A DNA stretch of 62,105 nucleotides from Thecamonas trahens ATCC 50062 (Eukaryota > Protista > Apusomonadida), in contig NW_013657608.1 of NCBI RefSeq assembly GCF_000142905.1, positions 20,337-82,441 of the forward strand, given 5' to 3'. Of this stretch, positions 9,990 to 20,152 are shown piece by piece. A program made the translations under genes and the position numbers. The number at the start of each line of letters is the position of its first letter. Position 1 is the stretch's first letter. Under the pieces are notes generated by a model that did no database searches, was not told the DNA's origin, and saw only the letters and a program-made list of their open reading frames with translations.

Positions 9990-10249
9990 GGTGGCTAGGG
10001 TGGTGGTACGGGGGCGGTGGGTGGGTGGGGTGGGTGGGGTGGGTGGGTGGGAGGGGGGAGGGGAGAGAGGGGTGGGATCGGCCAAGACCGACTCTCACGA
10101 GGCGGACTGGCGGGCTCGGACGGCTGGCGACGGACTGATGAGAGTTGATTCAGTGAGGTGGAAAGGGGGGGAGGGTCAAAGTAAAAGCAAAAGGAGAGGC
10201 GAGTGGCGAGAGGATGGGTCAGTCAGAGGGCGGAGGGTGGGTGTACGGG

Positions 10250-11158
10250 TCACGATGGAGCTGCTGTGCCGCAGAGCCGGTCCCAGATCTTGGAGAACTT
10301 GCCAAAGTGGAGCCGCCCGTTGCGGTGATGAAGGTCATGGAAGACGGCCCCTCCCCACATCGCGCCCGGCATCACGTTCTCCAGCGAGAATGGCCAGTCG
10401 TAGCCCGAGTGCAGGTCGCAGAGAAGGAGGGTGATGGTCGGGACATAGACCATGCGGGCCATCGGATGCGCGCCGGTGACGTTCACCGCCACAATCGAGC
10501 ACGCCACATCAACCGCCTGCTCGACCAGCGTCAGCCGAACAGTCTCGATTGCTCGCTGCAGCGCGTGGGTATGGTGCTTGGCGTGGAGCTTGTACAGCGC
10601 TGGCACAGCGTGCATCGCCCGATGGCAGCAGAAAAAGAGCGCGTCATAGACAAGGAGACAGCTCAAGACCTGGCCCACTAGCCGCCACAGGCTAGGACAC
10701 TTCCCCGCAGCCATCAACTTGCCGGCACGCCGCTGGAAGCAGAGATCAAAGACCACCAAAGGCATCAGATACGCCAGCAGCTCCTGTGCGCGGCCGGTCG
10801 ACTCAATCACCCACGCCTTGTTCGACACCGCAGTGCGATGGATTCGGAACGGGCGCGTCATCGCCACAGGAAGCACGTTGTCCAGCACATAGTACATGCC
10901 CAGCCAGACAAGAAACGAGACCGTGGCCAGAATCGGCTCAAACGAGTCGAGCCGAAAGAGTCGCGCGGCTGCATCCTCCGACGTCGACAACCGCAACCAG
11001 CTCGCCTCCAGCCAAGCGTCCACCGCACCCGTGTACACCACGGCTACTCCAACAGCGGCCATCCAACCTGCCCGGCATACGTTCACCGTCACTATGCTCC
11101 GCCCCAGCGTCGACTGCGTCACGGCCGGCTGCTCGCTCGCTCTCGCAGGTGGCGTCAT
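10250..11158 (-). CDS. Fatty acid hydroxylase/sterol desaturase superfamily protein (CH25H/sterol C4-methyl oxidase-like)
   Basis: His boxes HRAMH, HAKHH, HSGY and HDLHH; hydrophobic segments; C-terminal WDRLCGT. Confidence 0.85.
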   Translation of the reverse strand: MTPPARASEQPAVTQSTLGRSIVTVNVCRAGWMAAVGVAVVYTGAVDAWLEASWLRLSTSEDAAARLFRLDSFEPILATVSFLVWLGMYYVLDNVLPVAMTRPFRIHRTAVSNKAWVIESTGRAQELLAYLMPLVVFDLCFQRRAGKLMAAGKCPSLWRLVGQVLSCLLVYDALFFCCHRAMHAVPALYKLHAKHHTHALQRAIETVRLTLVEQAVDVACSIVAVNVTGAHPMARMVYVPTITLLLCDLHSGYDWPFSLENVMPGAMWGGAVFHDLHHRNGRLHFGKFSKIWDRLCGTAAPS

Positions 11159-11396
11159 CCAGCAAAAAGGGGGGAATGGCGCGAGAGGAGTGTGCCTTTA
11201 CCGGGACATCTGCTCGCCGCCGTGTCTTTCAATTCGACCCGAAGCCGGCTGGACTGATGCGCGAGTCGGGCTTGGGGAAAGATGACCGACAGGGTCAATG
11301 CAGGGGCGTCGGGTTGATGGCAGGCCTTTGTTCGCGCGATTGGGGCCTGGGTGCATGCATGCATGCATGCAATGCAAGGAGGGTGTGTGTTTGGGC

Positions 11397-11408
11397 AAAA
11401 AGAAAAAA
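11397..11408 (-). terminator. RNA Pol III oligo-T terminator of the 5S gene
   Basis: TTTTTTCTTTTT lies immediately 3' of the 5S end on the minus strand. Confidence 0.85.
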
Positions 11409-11527
11409 GAATGCGTTACTCGGTATTCCCGTGTGGTCCCCCACCACAGTACTAACCAAGCCTCATGCTGCTTGACTTCCGAGAGCGAGACGGGATCGGG
11501 TATTTTCAGCATAGGATGAACGCATTC
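11409..11527 (-). rRNA. 5S rRNA gene (119 nt)
   Basis: Reverse complement reads GAAUGCGUUCAUCCUAUGCUGAAAAUACCCGAUCCCGUCUCGCUCUCGGAAGUCAAGCAGCAUGAGGCUUGGUUAGUACUGUGGUGGGGGACCACACGGGAAUACCGAGUAACGCAUUC. It has the 5S signatures CCCGAUC, CUCGGAAG..AAGC, GGUUAGUAC and GGGAAUACC, and a perfect 9-bp helix I. Confidence 0.95.
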
Positions 11528-11766
11528 GAATCCTGCCAGTGTGTGGGGAGATGGTGTGGTGGAGGACTCGGGGGCGGGCGGTCGCCAAATGGGTTGCGAT
11601 CATCGCGTGCGATCGCAGGCTCTTGGGAGGGCTGGGCTTGCAAGCGATGGTCTCGACTCTTGCTTTACACACATCATGCAAGCAACGTGTTGGATCCACA
11701 CAACTGAGGACCAAATAGCTCCCGCTGTACTCTCCAGCGCACTCACCAGCATCGCCTTGTACGCAA

Positions 11767-12600
11767 CTAAATGAGCAGGCGCCGCAGCGAGTCCACGAGG
11801 TCGTCCATGTCCTGATCGTTAGCGTAGGCTGCGCAGATGACGGCCAGAGAGGGGTCGCTGGCCTGCCACAGCGTGGCAAGATGGCCGCGCTCGGCGTCGG
11901 AGAAGACCTGCGACGCCGACTGGAGTGCGGCCATGACCTCGGGTGTCGGCTCAAACGCTGCCGGCGCCAGCGGCGCAGTCGCATGTACAGCAGGCTGTGG
12001 CAGACGCAGCTCGGCCTGGGTCGATGCCGGAGGAGCTTGGTCGGAAGGCAAAAAGTGGACAAAACCGTGAATCAGTTGCTGGTGGCTGGCAAACAGCTGA
12101 CAGACGTCTGCGTAGACCTCGGCGATCGACTTGGTCTGCTGCTGGTACCCATGCAGGAGTGCCAGGAACGAGGTGTAGACCTCGGGCTGCTCAGCAAAGG
12201 TCTCCTTGATGTTCTTGACATATTCCACCGCTGTATCAAACAAGGGTATCGATCCGTCCGGCCCACCGACCGAAGCCTGCCCGTCCGACTCCAGCCCGTC
12301 ATCGCCATCGTCAGATGACTCCGTCTCGATGCTGGGCAGAGCCTGGCTAGCATCCGGTCCAGAGCGCTGCCCATCCTCAACGATGCGGTAGTCGGGCGGC
12401 AGAAAGACGTTAAAGCCAGCGATGAGATGCGGGTCGTGTGCAAAGAGCTCCTCGACTTTGGCAATGACGCCCGGCGTGTCGATGGCTCGACTCTTGAAGT
12501 CCTTCAAGATGTCCAGGAACGCGTTGTACCGCCATGGCTCGCTTGTGTTCGCCTTCTTCACCGCATCCAAATACTCCAGAGCACTCTCCACAGACGCCAT
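11767..12600 (-). CDS. Short Sin3-like paired amphipathic helix (2x PAH) protein
   Basis: PAH1 ALEYLDAVK...[12 protein letters not shown]...[11 protein letters not shown]; PAH2 [22 protein letters not shown]...GFVHFLP; no HDAC-interaction domain. Confidence 0.88.
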   Translation of the reverse strand: MASVESALEYLDAVKKANTSEPWRYNAFLDILKDFKSRAIDTPGVIAKVEELFAHDPHLIAGFNVFLPPDYRIVEDGQRSGPDASQALPSIETESSDDGDDGLESDGQASVGGPDGSIPLFDTAVEYVKNIKETFAEQPEVYTSFLALLHGYQQQTKSIAEVYADVCQLFASHQQLIHGFVHFLPSDQAPPASTQAELRLPQPAVHATAPLAPAAFEPTPEVMAALQSASQVFSDAERGHLATLWQASDPSLAVICAAYANDQDMDDLVDSLRRLLI

Positions 12601-13024
12601 TCCCCGCTCTCTCCAGTCCCTTCTCTCGGCGAGTCAGCTATGGCTCTATGGCTGTCGGTTGTCGACGTGGAAGGGGAGGGGAGTGCCACCAGCAGAATGG
12701 AAGCACGCTGTCAGCCGGCACTGCTTGCATGCCCACACCACCATCGCCACCACCATCACCTCGATCACGACCATGGTCAACCCCCTTTACCACCCACATC
12801 ATGTCTTCTTGCCTAGCAACCCTATCCTGGCGCGCCACTCTGGCGCTGTCGTGGTGCTGCGGTCCGATTGGTGCGGCAGCGGGGCAGCCGGACGGACAGG
12901 AGACGGGCGACGGACGACCGCTTGTAGACGACGGCCACTTGTCGCCACGCTGGGGCGGGAGAGCTTGCGAGAAGAGCGAGAAGAGCGAGAGCAAGCAGGT
13001 TGTCAAGTGCAAGGAACATCTCTC

Positions 13025-14983
13025 ATGTCCGACAGTAGCTCAGCAGGGCTTGTGGAGGCACTTGCTCATGCCCTTGTCGGTGGCGCCTTGCTCAAGGCGG
13101 GCCGCTCGGGCAAGCCCCACTTTCGCCAATTCAGGCTGGCCAGAGGTAAGTGGGGATGGGAAGGGAGGAAGGGAGGGGAGGGGGAGGGGGGGGGGGGGGG
13201 GGAGGGGGGGGCGGGNNNNNNNNNNNNNNNNNNNNNNNNNNNNNNNNNNNNNNNNNNNNNNNNNNNNNNNNNNNNNNNNNNNNNNNNNNNNNNNNNNNNN
13301 NNNNNNNNNNNNNNNCCCCCCACCTCCCACCCCCCTTCCATCGCACCACTCACTATTCACTCCGCACCACTAGTCCTGTTTGAGGACGTCAACGAGGTCC
13401 GCATCGGGCAAAAGACCAAGGTCTTCTCGTCCAACCGCATGATCGAGCACGAGCACATCTCGTTCTCACTCATCACCTCGTCGCGGACGCTGGACGTTAT
13501 CTGCAAGGACGTCTCCGAGTTCCAGCTGTGGACAATGGCGCTGCAGGCTATCGTCGAGGGCCGGATCGTGGGCGACTCGCCCGAGCTTACCGACGCACTC
13601 CAGCTCGCCGACTCGGGCGCCAAGTCGTCGGAGCTCACCGTTCAGGTCCGCGGCAAGTCTGCGGTCGTCCAGCGCCGCGAGGACGCGTCGGATCTGTACA
13701 CCTGGGGCGACGGCGCGTCTGGCCGGCTTGGTCACGGTGACGAGGAATGTCGCCTTGTGCCGCAGGTGGTCGAGGCTTTGCTCGGCACCGACGTGCGGAC
13801 CTTTGCCACCGCCGCTGCCCACATGGGCGCCATCTCGCCCGCCGGCCGCCTTTACATGTGGGGCCGCGGCGGGTTCGGCCGCCTCGGCCAGGGCCATGAG
13901 CGCAATAGGGTAACCCCGCTCATGGTTGGCGAGCTCCGCGAGACCAAGGTCGTGGCTCTCGCCGCCGGCGACGCCCACACCCTCGCCCTCACCGACAGCA
14001 ACGCAGTCTATGCCTGGGGCTCGGGTGCCGACGGCCGCCTGGGCTTTGAGTGTGCCAAGAAGCGGACTCCCAAGGAAGTACCGGCCGCCGGCGCGCTCGA
14101 CGTGACCCAGGTCCTGTGCGGTGCCGTCTCGTCGGCCGTCGTCACTGCCGCCGGTGCGCTCTACACCTGGGGCAGCTCCGACCACGGCCAGCTCGGCCAC
14201 GGCGACCTGACACAGGTCACCGAGCCCAAGCTAGTCGACGCCCTGGCCGACGCCGGCGTCGCCGTCGCCTTTGCCGCCATGGGCGTCTCGCACACGGCCG
14301 CCGTCACCACCGACGGCCGGCTCTACATGTGGGGTTCCGGCGAGTCGGGCAAGCTCGGTACCGGCTCTGAGGCCGACGCCCTTCTCCCCACCCTCATCGA
14401 CCACCTCACCGACGTCAAGGCTGTCGCCCTCGGCGCCTCTCACACCGTCATCCTCCTCGCCGACGGTTCGGTCTACGCCTGCGGCTCCAACAGGATGGGT
14501 CAGCTCGGCATCGGCGCCAAGGACGTTGTCCAGGAGACCCGTCCGGTCCGCGTTTCCCTTCCCGACGGCCTCGTCGTCCGCCACATCTCGTCGGGTAACG
14601 ACCACGTCGCCGCTGTCTCGGCCGACGACAAGGTCCTCACCTGGGGCCTCGGCCTCGGTGGTCGCCTCGGCCACGGCTCCGAGGCCAACCACTGGCAGCC
14701 TACCTTTGTCGAGCTCTTCAACGACAAGGTTGTTCGCACCGTCGAGTGCGGCGGCGCACACACCGCCGCGTCGGTCGTCCACGGCTGGGTCGATGACGGT
14801 GAGACTAAGCAGTGCATGGCATGCAAGTCGCCCTTTACTTTTGTTCGCCGCCGCCACCACTGCCGCCGCTGCGGTGGTCTCTTCTGCGGCTCGTGCTCCT
14901 CGCGCAAGTTCCCCCTCCTCTCGCTCGGCTTCTCCGAGGCTGTCCGCGTCTGCGACAAGTGCTACTCGATTGTCTCGAACTGA
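13025..14983 (+). CDS. PH-RCC1-FYVE (PRAF-like) protein; exon 13025-13145, possible exon in gap, exon 13374-14983
   Basis: PH domain LLKAGRSGKPHFRQFRL...SFSLI..SRTLDVICKD; ~7 RCC1 repeats (LYTWG...GRLGHGD); FYVE WVDD..CMACK.PFTFVRRRHHCRRCG..FCGSCS..RVCDKC; donor GTAAGT at 13146, acceptor TAG ending 13373. Confidence 0.9.
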   Translation: MSDSSSAGLVEALAHALVGGALLKAGRSGKPHFRQFRLARGKWGWEGRKGGEGEGGGGGEGGAXXXXXXXXXXXXXXXXXXXXXXXXXXXXXXXXXXPPTSHPPSIAPLTIHSAPLVLFEDVNEVRIGQKTKVFSSNRMIEHEHISFSLITSSRTLDVICKDVSEFQLWTMALQAIVEGRIVGDSPELTDALQLADSGAKSSELTVQVRGKSAVVQRREDASDLYTWGDGASGRLGHGDEECRLVPQVVEALLGTDVRTFATAAAHMGAISPAGRLYMWGRGGFGRLGQGHERNRVTPLMVGELRETKVVALAAGDAHTLALTDSNAVYAWGSGADGRLGFECAKKRTPKEVPAAGALDVTQVLCGAVSSAVVTAAGALYTWGSSDHGQLGHGDLTQVTEPKLVDALADAGVAVAFAAMGVSHTAAVTTDGRLYMWGSGESGKLGTGSEADALLPTLIDHLTDVKAVALGASHTVILLADGSVYACGSNRMGQLGIGAKDVVQETRPVRVSLPDGLVVRHISSGNDHVAAVSADDKVLTWGLGLGGRLGHGSEANHWQPTFVELFNDKVVRTVECGGAHTAASVVHGWVDDGETKQCMACKSPFTFVRRRHHCRRCGGLFCGSCSSRKFPLLSLGFSEAVRVCDKCYSIVSN

Positions 14984-15028
14984 CTGCTGCCAAGCCGCAC
15001 GCCCATCCACAACCTGCCGCACTGTCCT

Positions 15029-16867
15029 TCACACCCGTGACCCGGCCGACGACCGCCGCTCGCGGTTGCGCGAAATCGAGAGCTTGGTGATAAACACGTC
15101 GCCATCCGACCCGTCGTCCTCATACAGCGCCGTCGACGACTGCCGTCGCATTCGCCGCCTCCGTGCCGTGTTGGTCGTCACCCTCGGCACCCGCGGCGAC
15201 GACTTGCTCGCCGGTGGCCTCGGTGACCCTGGGGCTGCACTTGCCTTTGCTGCATGCGACTGCCGCCGTGGAGACCGCCGCCGCGGCGACGGCGTCGTCT
15301 CTGTCGGCGGCTCTGGTACCCGCGGCCGCCGCACACCCTCACGCATCAGCCGCGCTCGCTCCGCCTCGGCAGCCGATCGCGCCGGCGGCTCAATAGGCTT
15401 GGTCACATGATGGTGGTGGGAGTGGTGGGAGTGGTGGTGGGCGCGGGGGTGGTTGCCTTGGTCATGGTCGCCGCCGCCGCCGCCCTCACCGTCGGTCACG
15501 GATGCACGTCGCTCCCAGTACGACGTCACGACGTTGGGCTCGGTTGTCGCAGCGGGGTAGCGCGGGTAGCGGCAGCAGGCGTACACGTCAAAGACCTTGA
15601 CCGGCTTGGATGTGTCAACGTCCGCCTCGGGCGTCGCCGGGTATTCGGACTGCGGGACCATCGGTGCCGGCCGATGCTTGGGTGTCGTTGCCTTGCGGAG
15701 CGCTGGCGGAAGCGACCGCTGCCGGCGCCGCTGTGGCGAGAGAGCCGCAGCTTGTCCGCGTCCAAACGCCGATGGTAGCAAGTACTTGGGCCCCGGCGAG
15801 TGGTGCTCGATGGCCGACTCTTCCTGAAACCGCTGCTTGGTCGAGAGAAACGGCGCAAGCGACGACGCGGCCGACGCCAGCGATGCCACAGATTCGGTCG
15901 GCGACCGCTCCTTGGCCTTGCGATGGGCGGCAAACATTCGCCGCCGGGTCTTGGCCGGCGGCGTGTCAACCGCCAGCATCGGCGAGCCGGTCGTGCTGGC
16001 CTCAGGGGAGCCCGACGCCGACGCCGAGCCCGGCTCTGCGGCCGATGCCCCCTTGCCGGCCACAGTGGCGTGCAGAGCAGCGTTCGGCGCCGCTTCTTGC
16101 GACATCTCCACCCGCTTGCGCTCAGTCTCGTTGAGCGCAATCTTCGACGACGCCGTCGGTGCCGCGTACGATGGGCCGACCACGGCTGACGGCACTGCAC
16201 TCACCCCACGCCGTGTACTGCCAGCAGTCTCGGCATTCGCTCCGCCATGACCACGAGTCTGGGCCAGCGAGCCCGGCGCGAGCGGCCCATCAGCATACGG
16301 CGGAGCGAGCGGTGACACATGGCCACCTTCCTCGTTCTCAGCCCCCTCTACTGCATCCCCGACGAGTGGCAGATCCGAGCGGATGAGTGCGCGAGGAAGA
16401 CTGCGTGGCGTCGGAGCATCAAACGGTGAGGGCAGGAGGTAGGCACCCGGGCCGGGACCGACGTTCTCTGCCGCCATCCTACGGCGAGCCGACGAGCCAA
16501 TGAGAGGACCACGGGGAGAGAGCGTCGATGGCAGAGAGTACTTTGGTCCTGGCGAGTCGTGAGCTAGCCAATGTGGGTCCTCGTAGACAATGGCTTCGGT
16601 GAACGGAAGCTCGTCGCCAGAGACAGTCACATTACCTGTCACACCACCATCTGCCGCCGTTTGTTTGCTTCGACCTGCCACCGTCCCCGTTCCCGTCCCC
16701 GTCCTCGTCCCCGTTCCCGTTCCCGTCGCCACCCCTGTCGCCGACCCCGCCCCCGCCGCCGTCCCTGTCGCTGTTCCTCTTGCCGTTGTCCTCCGTCTGC
16801 TCCTCCTCGGCCCGGCTTGGCCTGCCGCAGCGGACAAGGATGCCGCAGGGGTGCCCTCTGTTGCCAT
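15029..16867 (-). CDS. Low-complexity protein with SHIPPO/ODF3-like PGP(G/K)xY repeats, possibly axonemal
   Basis: Long open frame with the motifs HDSPGPKYSLPS, GPGPGAYLLPS and HHSPGPKYLLPS; ATG 16867 follows a C/A-rich leader. Confidence 0.55.
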   Translation of the reverse strand: MATEGTPAASLSAAAGQAGPRRSRRRTTARGTATGTAAGAGSATGVATGTGTGTRTGTGTGTVAGRSKQTAADGGVTGNVTVSGDELPFTEAIVYEDPHWLAHDSPGPKYSLPSTLSPRGPLIGSSARRRMAAENVGPGPGAYLLPSPFDAPTPRSLPRALIRSDLPLVGDAVEGAENEEGGHVSPLAPPYADGPLAPGSLAQTRGHGGANAETAGSTRRGVSAVPSAVVGPSYAAPTASSKIALNETERKRVEMSQEAAPNAALHATVAGKGASAAEPGSASASGSPEASTTGSPMLAVDTPPAKTRRRMFAAHRKAKERSPTESVASLASAASSLAPFLSTKQRFQEESAIEHHSPGPKYLLPSAFGRGQAAALSPQRRRQRSLPPALRKATTPKHRPAPMVPQSEYPATPEADVDTSKPVKVFDVYACCRYPRYPAATTEPNVVTSYWERRASVTDGEGGGGGDHDQGNHPRAHHHSHHSHHHHVTKPIEPPARSAAEAERARLMREGVRRPRVPEPPTETTPSPRRRSPRRQSHAAKASAAPGSPRPPASKSSPRVPRVTTNTARRRRMRRQSSTALYEDDGSDGDVFITKLSISRNRERRSSAGSRV

Positions 16868-17170
16868 GGAGAAAGAAGTGGAGGAGGTAATGGTGGTGGT
16901 GGGTATGTGGGTATGTGGGTATGTGGGTGGGTGGGTGGGTATGTGTGGCCGTGACGTGACGTGAGGTGCTGTCGCCGTCCCCACCTCCTCCGCTTCCGCC
17001 CGCTGCTGTGGCGGACGCACATTGGCCAATGCCAAATCATTCAACTCTGTGGCCTGGCTGGATTCATTGGCATTGAGCGCCACTTGGTTGGCACACACCA
17101 TGATGCCACCGCCATTGGCAGCCCACAAGTGAGAAAGGCTCACTGTGCCATCACACGCGCTGGCGACCAC

Positions 17171-19491
17171 TCACAACAATTCCTCCTCATCGGCCCCCAC
17201 CACATCGACTGCCCAGAGATGGAGCTGATCGGCGGCAACAGCAATCCAACGGTCGGAATACGATATTGAAGTAATGGGCCGGTACGTGGACGGCATCGGG
17301 TAGCGGAGCTTGCACGAGACGTAGCCGAGCGGAAGGATGACGAGCGAGATGGTGCACGAGCGCGAGGAACCAACCACGGCGCGCACGGCGTCATATGCAA
17401 TGTGATCGACGGTGTGGCCGAGAACAGCCTTGTGCCGACATTGTCCGGAAGCGACATCCCAGACACGGAGCGTACCGTCGGCCGACGCCGACGCCACCGT
17501 ACCAGGCACATCATCAGAGCGCGCGAGTGCGGTCACCGCCTTGGTGTGTCCACGGAGACGGCGCTCGACACGCTGGCTCGCCCGCGACCATACCCGTAGA
17601 GCAGGATCGTCACGTGCAGCGGTGACCACGTGGCTGCCGCTCAGCGCCACCCGCGTAGCGTACCGATGAGTGGCGTAGCTCTCGGCAGCGAGTGCCACAT
17701 CGGCCGGGCCGACCGCAAACACTTTGATGACTCCGCGCTGAAGCACAACAGCGACGTCGCCGCCAGCAACGTCGTAAGCCACCACCTGCGAGGCCGAGAC
17801 CATCATCGACGCATCGACAACAACCTTGCCAGCTTCAAGGTCTACCAGCGAGAAGCGCCCGTCGTGCGAGAGGAGCGCAATCGCGTTGACCCCAGGATGG
17901 ACCGAGACCCGCGCATAGATCCCGGTCCCGCCGCGTGACGCCGCTTTGAGCACAGAGAGCGCGCCCTGTGACCCACCGCTTCGTGCGTCCCACAGAGCCA
18001 CCTCGAACTCGCGCGATATCGTGAGCATCAGGTCGGAGCCGCGCAGCGGAACGACCTCGTATGGCGACCGCGACGGAAAGCCTGGCGCCCGGAAAACCGG
18101 TGGGATGCACCGCGGGAGCGTCCGCACAAACGAGACCGGTGAGAACGAAAGAGCATGCATCCAGGTGTAGCTTGCAACGTAGAGTGCCCGCCAACGGGTC
18201 GCCACCGATGCGTTGTACACCACTGCCAGCGAGCGGAACCGCGCCCGCATCGACTGCGGGATGAGCGTACTGACAAAAGCTGCCGCCAGAGATACGGATC
18301 GGCCGCCACGCGGCGACCTGTCCGACAGGTGCCCGCCAGTGCGATGACGGTCCGTGCGTTGGTGTGGACGAGGATTGCCACCAACAGCTCCTGTGGGAGC
18401 CGCAGCAGCGGCGCGTGTGCGGCGCTCGCGGCGTCGGGCTCGGTCTCTGCCTCGACCAGCTCGTGAATGCCGCTTTCGTGCACAGGCGCCGTCGCCGGAT
18501 CGCCGCGGAGCGCATGCGCCCAGGCGATCACCTCGGTTCGTGTCGCGCGAAACGGCTCTGCGAGGCCGGTCGTAACGTGCGGACCGACCTCGATCGTTGC
18601 AGCAAGAGCATAGTCGGGCACCATCCCCACCGGCGTCATTGTCGGTGCGAGCGCCTCATCAATGCACTCGAGCTCATCTGAAGCCAGCAGAACGTCGACA
18701 GTCTCGACTGCCAGCGGCGCACAGGAAAGCTCCGATACGAGCGTGTTGTGAACGACAGCCCGGAAAGCGGCAGCTTCCCATGGCGAACCAAGCTCGAGAT
18801 ACAAGATGCGAGCTCCGCCCTTGCCACGCTCGCGCGCCACAAACGACGCTCTGCAAATCGCAGCCATATCGCCAAATAGCGTGTCCAGCAAGTCATGCGC
18901 CGGGAGCTCCGCAGCGCGCAGCGACTCGCTCATCACGTCCGGTTCTGCCCACAAAAGGCAGACGGCCGCAGTAGGTGGCGGCTTGACGATAGCAATCGGG
19001 CTTGTGCCCACCATCTCTGGCGGTGCAAACAGCGCGTCCCATACACAGTTGTCCCACATCGTGTCCGAGTATCCGCTCAGTTCCGCCCGCAGCTCGTGGC
19101 GGAGCGGCGGAGCAGGGCGAAAGCCCGCATCGGGCTCGATCTGTTGCTGAAGCGGGCGCCGACCCCGCCTCTGACCCCGCCCCCGTCCTCGTCCCCGACG
19201 ACCCCGCCCCCGCTCCCTACTCCGGCCACGACCCCGACTCCGGCCCCGCCCTTGTCCCCGTCCCCTTCCACGCCTGCGGCTCGACCCTGATCGCGACGCA
19301 CCATCACCATCACCATCACCATCACCACCACCACCTCCTCCTCCTCGCCAGCCCCGCTCCCGCTTCCCCTTCTTCCCCCTTCTTTTTCGCATCGCCTTGT
19401 GCGCCTTCGACTGGCCCTCGACGCCATCGCCATCGCCGCTACCGCGGCCATCACGCCCGCCTTTGCGCCCAACACATGCTTCTATCGGCAT
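17171..19491 (-). CDS. F-box/WD40 protein; frame break at ~18254-18278; 5' end uncertain
   Basis: F-box LLRLPQELLVAILVH...LAGTCR...ADPYLWR lies in ORF 18028-19560; WD40 repeats LRGHTKAVTALA...ASASADGTLRVWDV lie in ORF 17171-18250. Confidence 0.75.
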
Positions 19492-20152
19492 CGGCTCAGA
19501 CTCGGCACGCTTCTTGACCACAAGTGGACGGGCAGGTGCAGCGGAGGCGGCCTTGGTCAAGCAGAGGAGGTGAGATGTGCTCCCCTGTCCACGAATAGTC
19601 CTGGTCCAAGCGTAACAGTCAAGTGGCCCGTTCCCCGCCTCCCGTGGCTACGACCCAGCTGCCCACCTTGGCCGTCTCCGAGCCGTCACAACATGCGAAC
19701 TTGGCACGTGTTAAGAGGCTGACATGCCTCGGCTCGGCGTCGGCTCGCCCTTGGCTGGCGATGGTGATGGTGACGGCGATGGTGATGCCAGGATAGAGAC
19801 TGCACCGCCTACGGTGACTTCCGGTGTCGTCGAGCAAACAGCCGCAACGGCAACTTCCATGCTGCCGCTGATGCCAGTTGTCGACCAGAGAAGCGCGTCC
19901 GTGGCAGGTGGCCAGGTTCGTGACAGAGAGCGAGTCGAACAAGGCTCGTCGAAGTAGTGGCAGGTTCGCAGCGGCGAGTTTTTATGTGACCACTTGGGTG
20001 TGGTAAAAAATAGTTGGGTAGTGCAGGAGGTGCGAATACCCCCGCACCAATTTTTTTTTCACCCGCTTTCCCTCGCAACGTTTGTTGTCCTCCCAAACGC
20101 GCACTCTTGCCGCACTGAGTCCGGCGTGGCAACACCTCGCTCCACCACCGCG

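Noticed and set aside
12422-13024. Upstream extension of the PRAF-like ORF
   Set aside because: It overlaps the PAH gene antisense and the divergent promoter; no domain signal before ATG 13025.
20019-20059. Hairpin + T-run (GGTGCG...CGCACC AATTTTTTTTT) as an intrinsic terminator or tRNA 3' half
   Set aside because: No cloverleaf or A/B boxes; more likely a poly(dA:dT) element in a divergent eukaryotic promoter.
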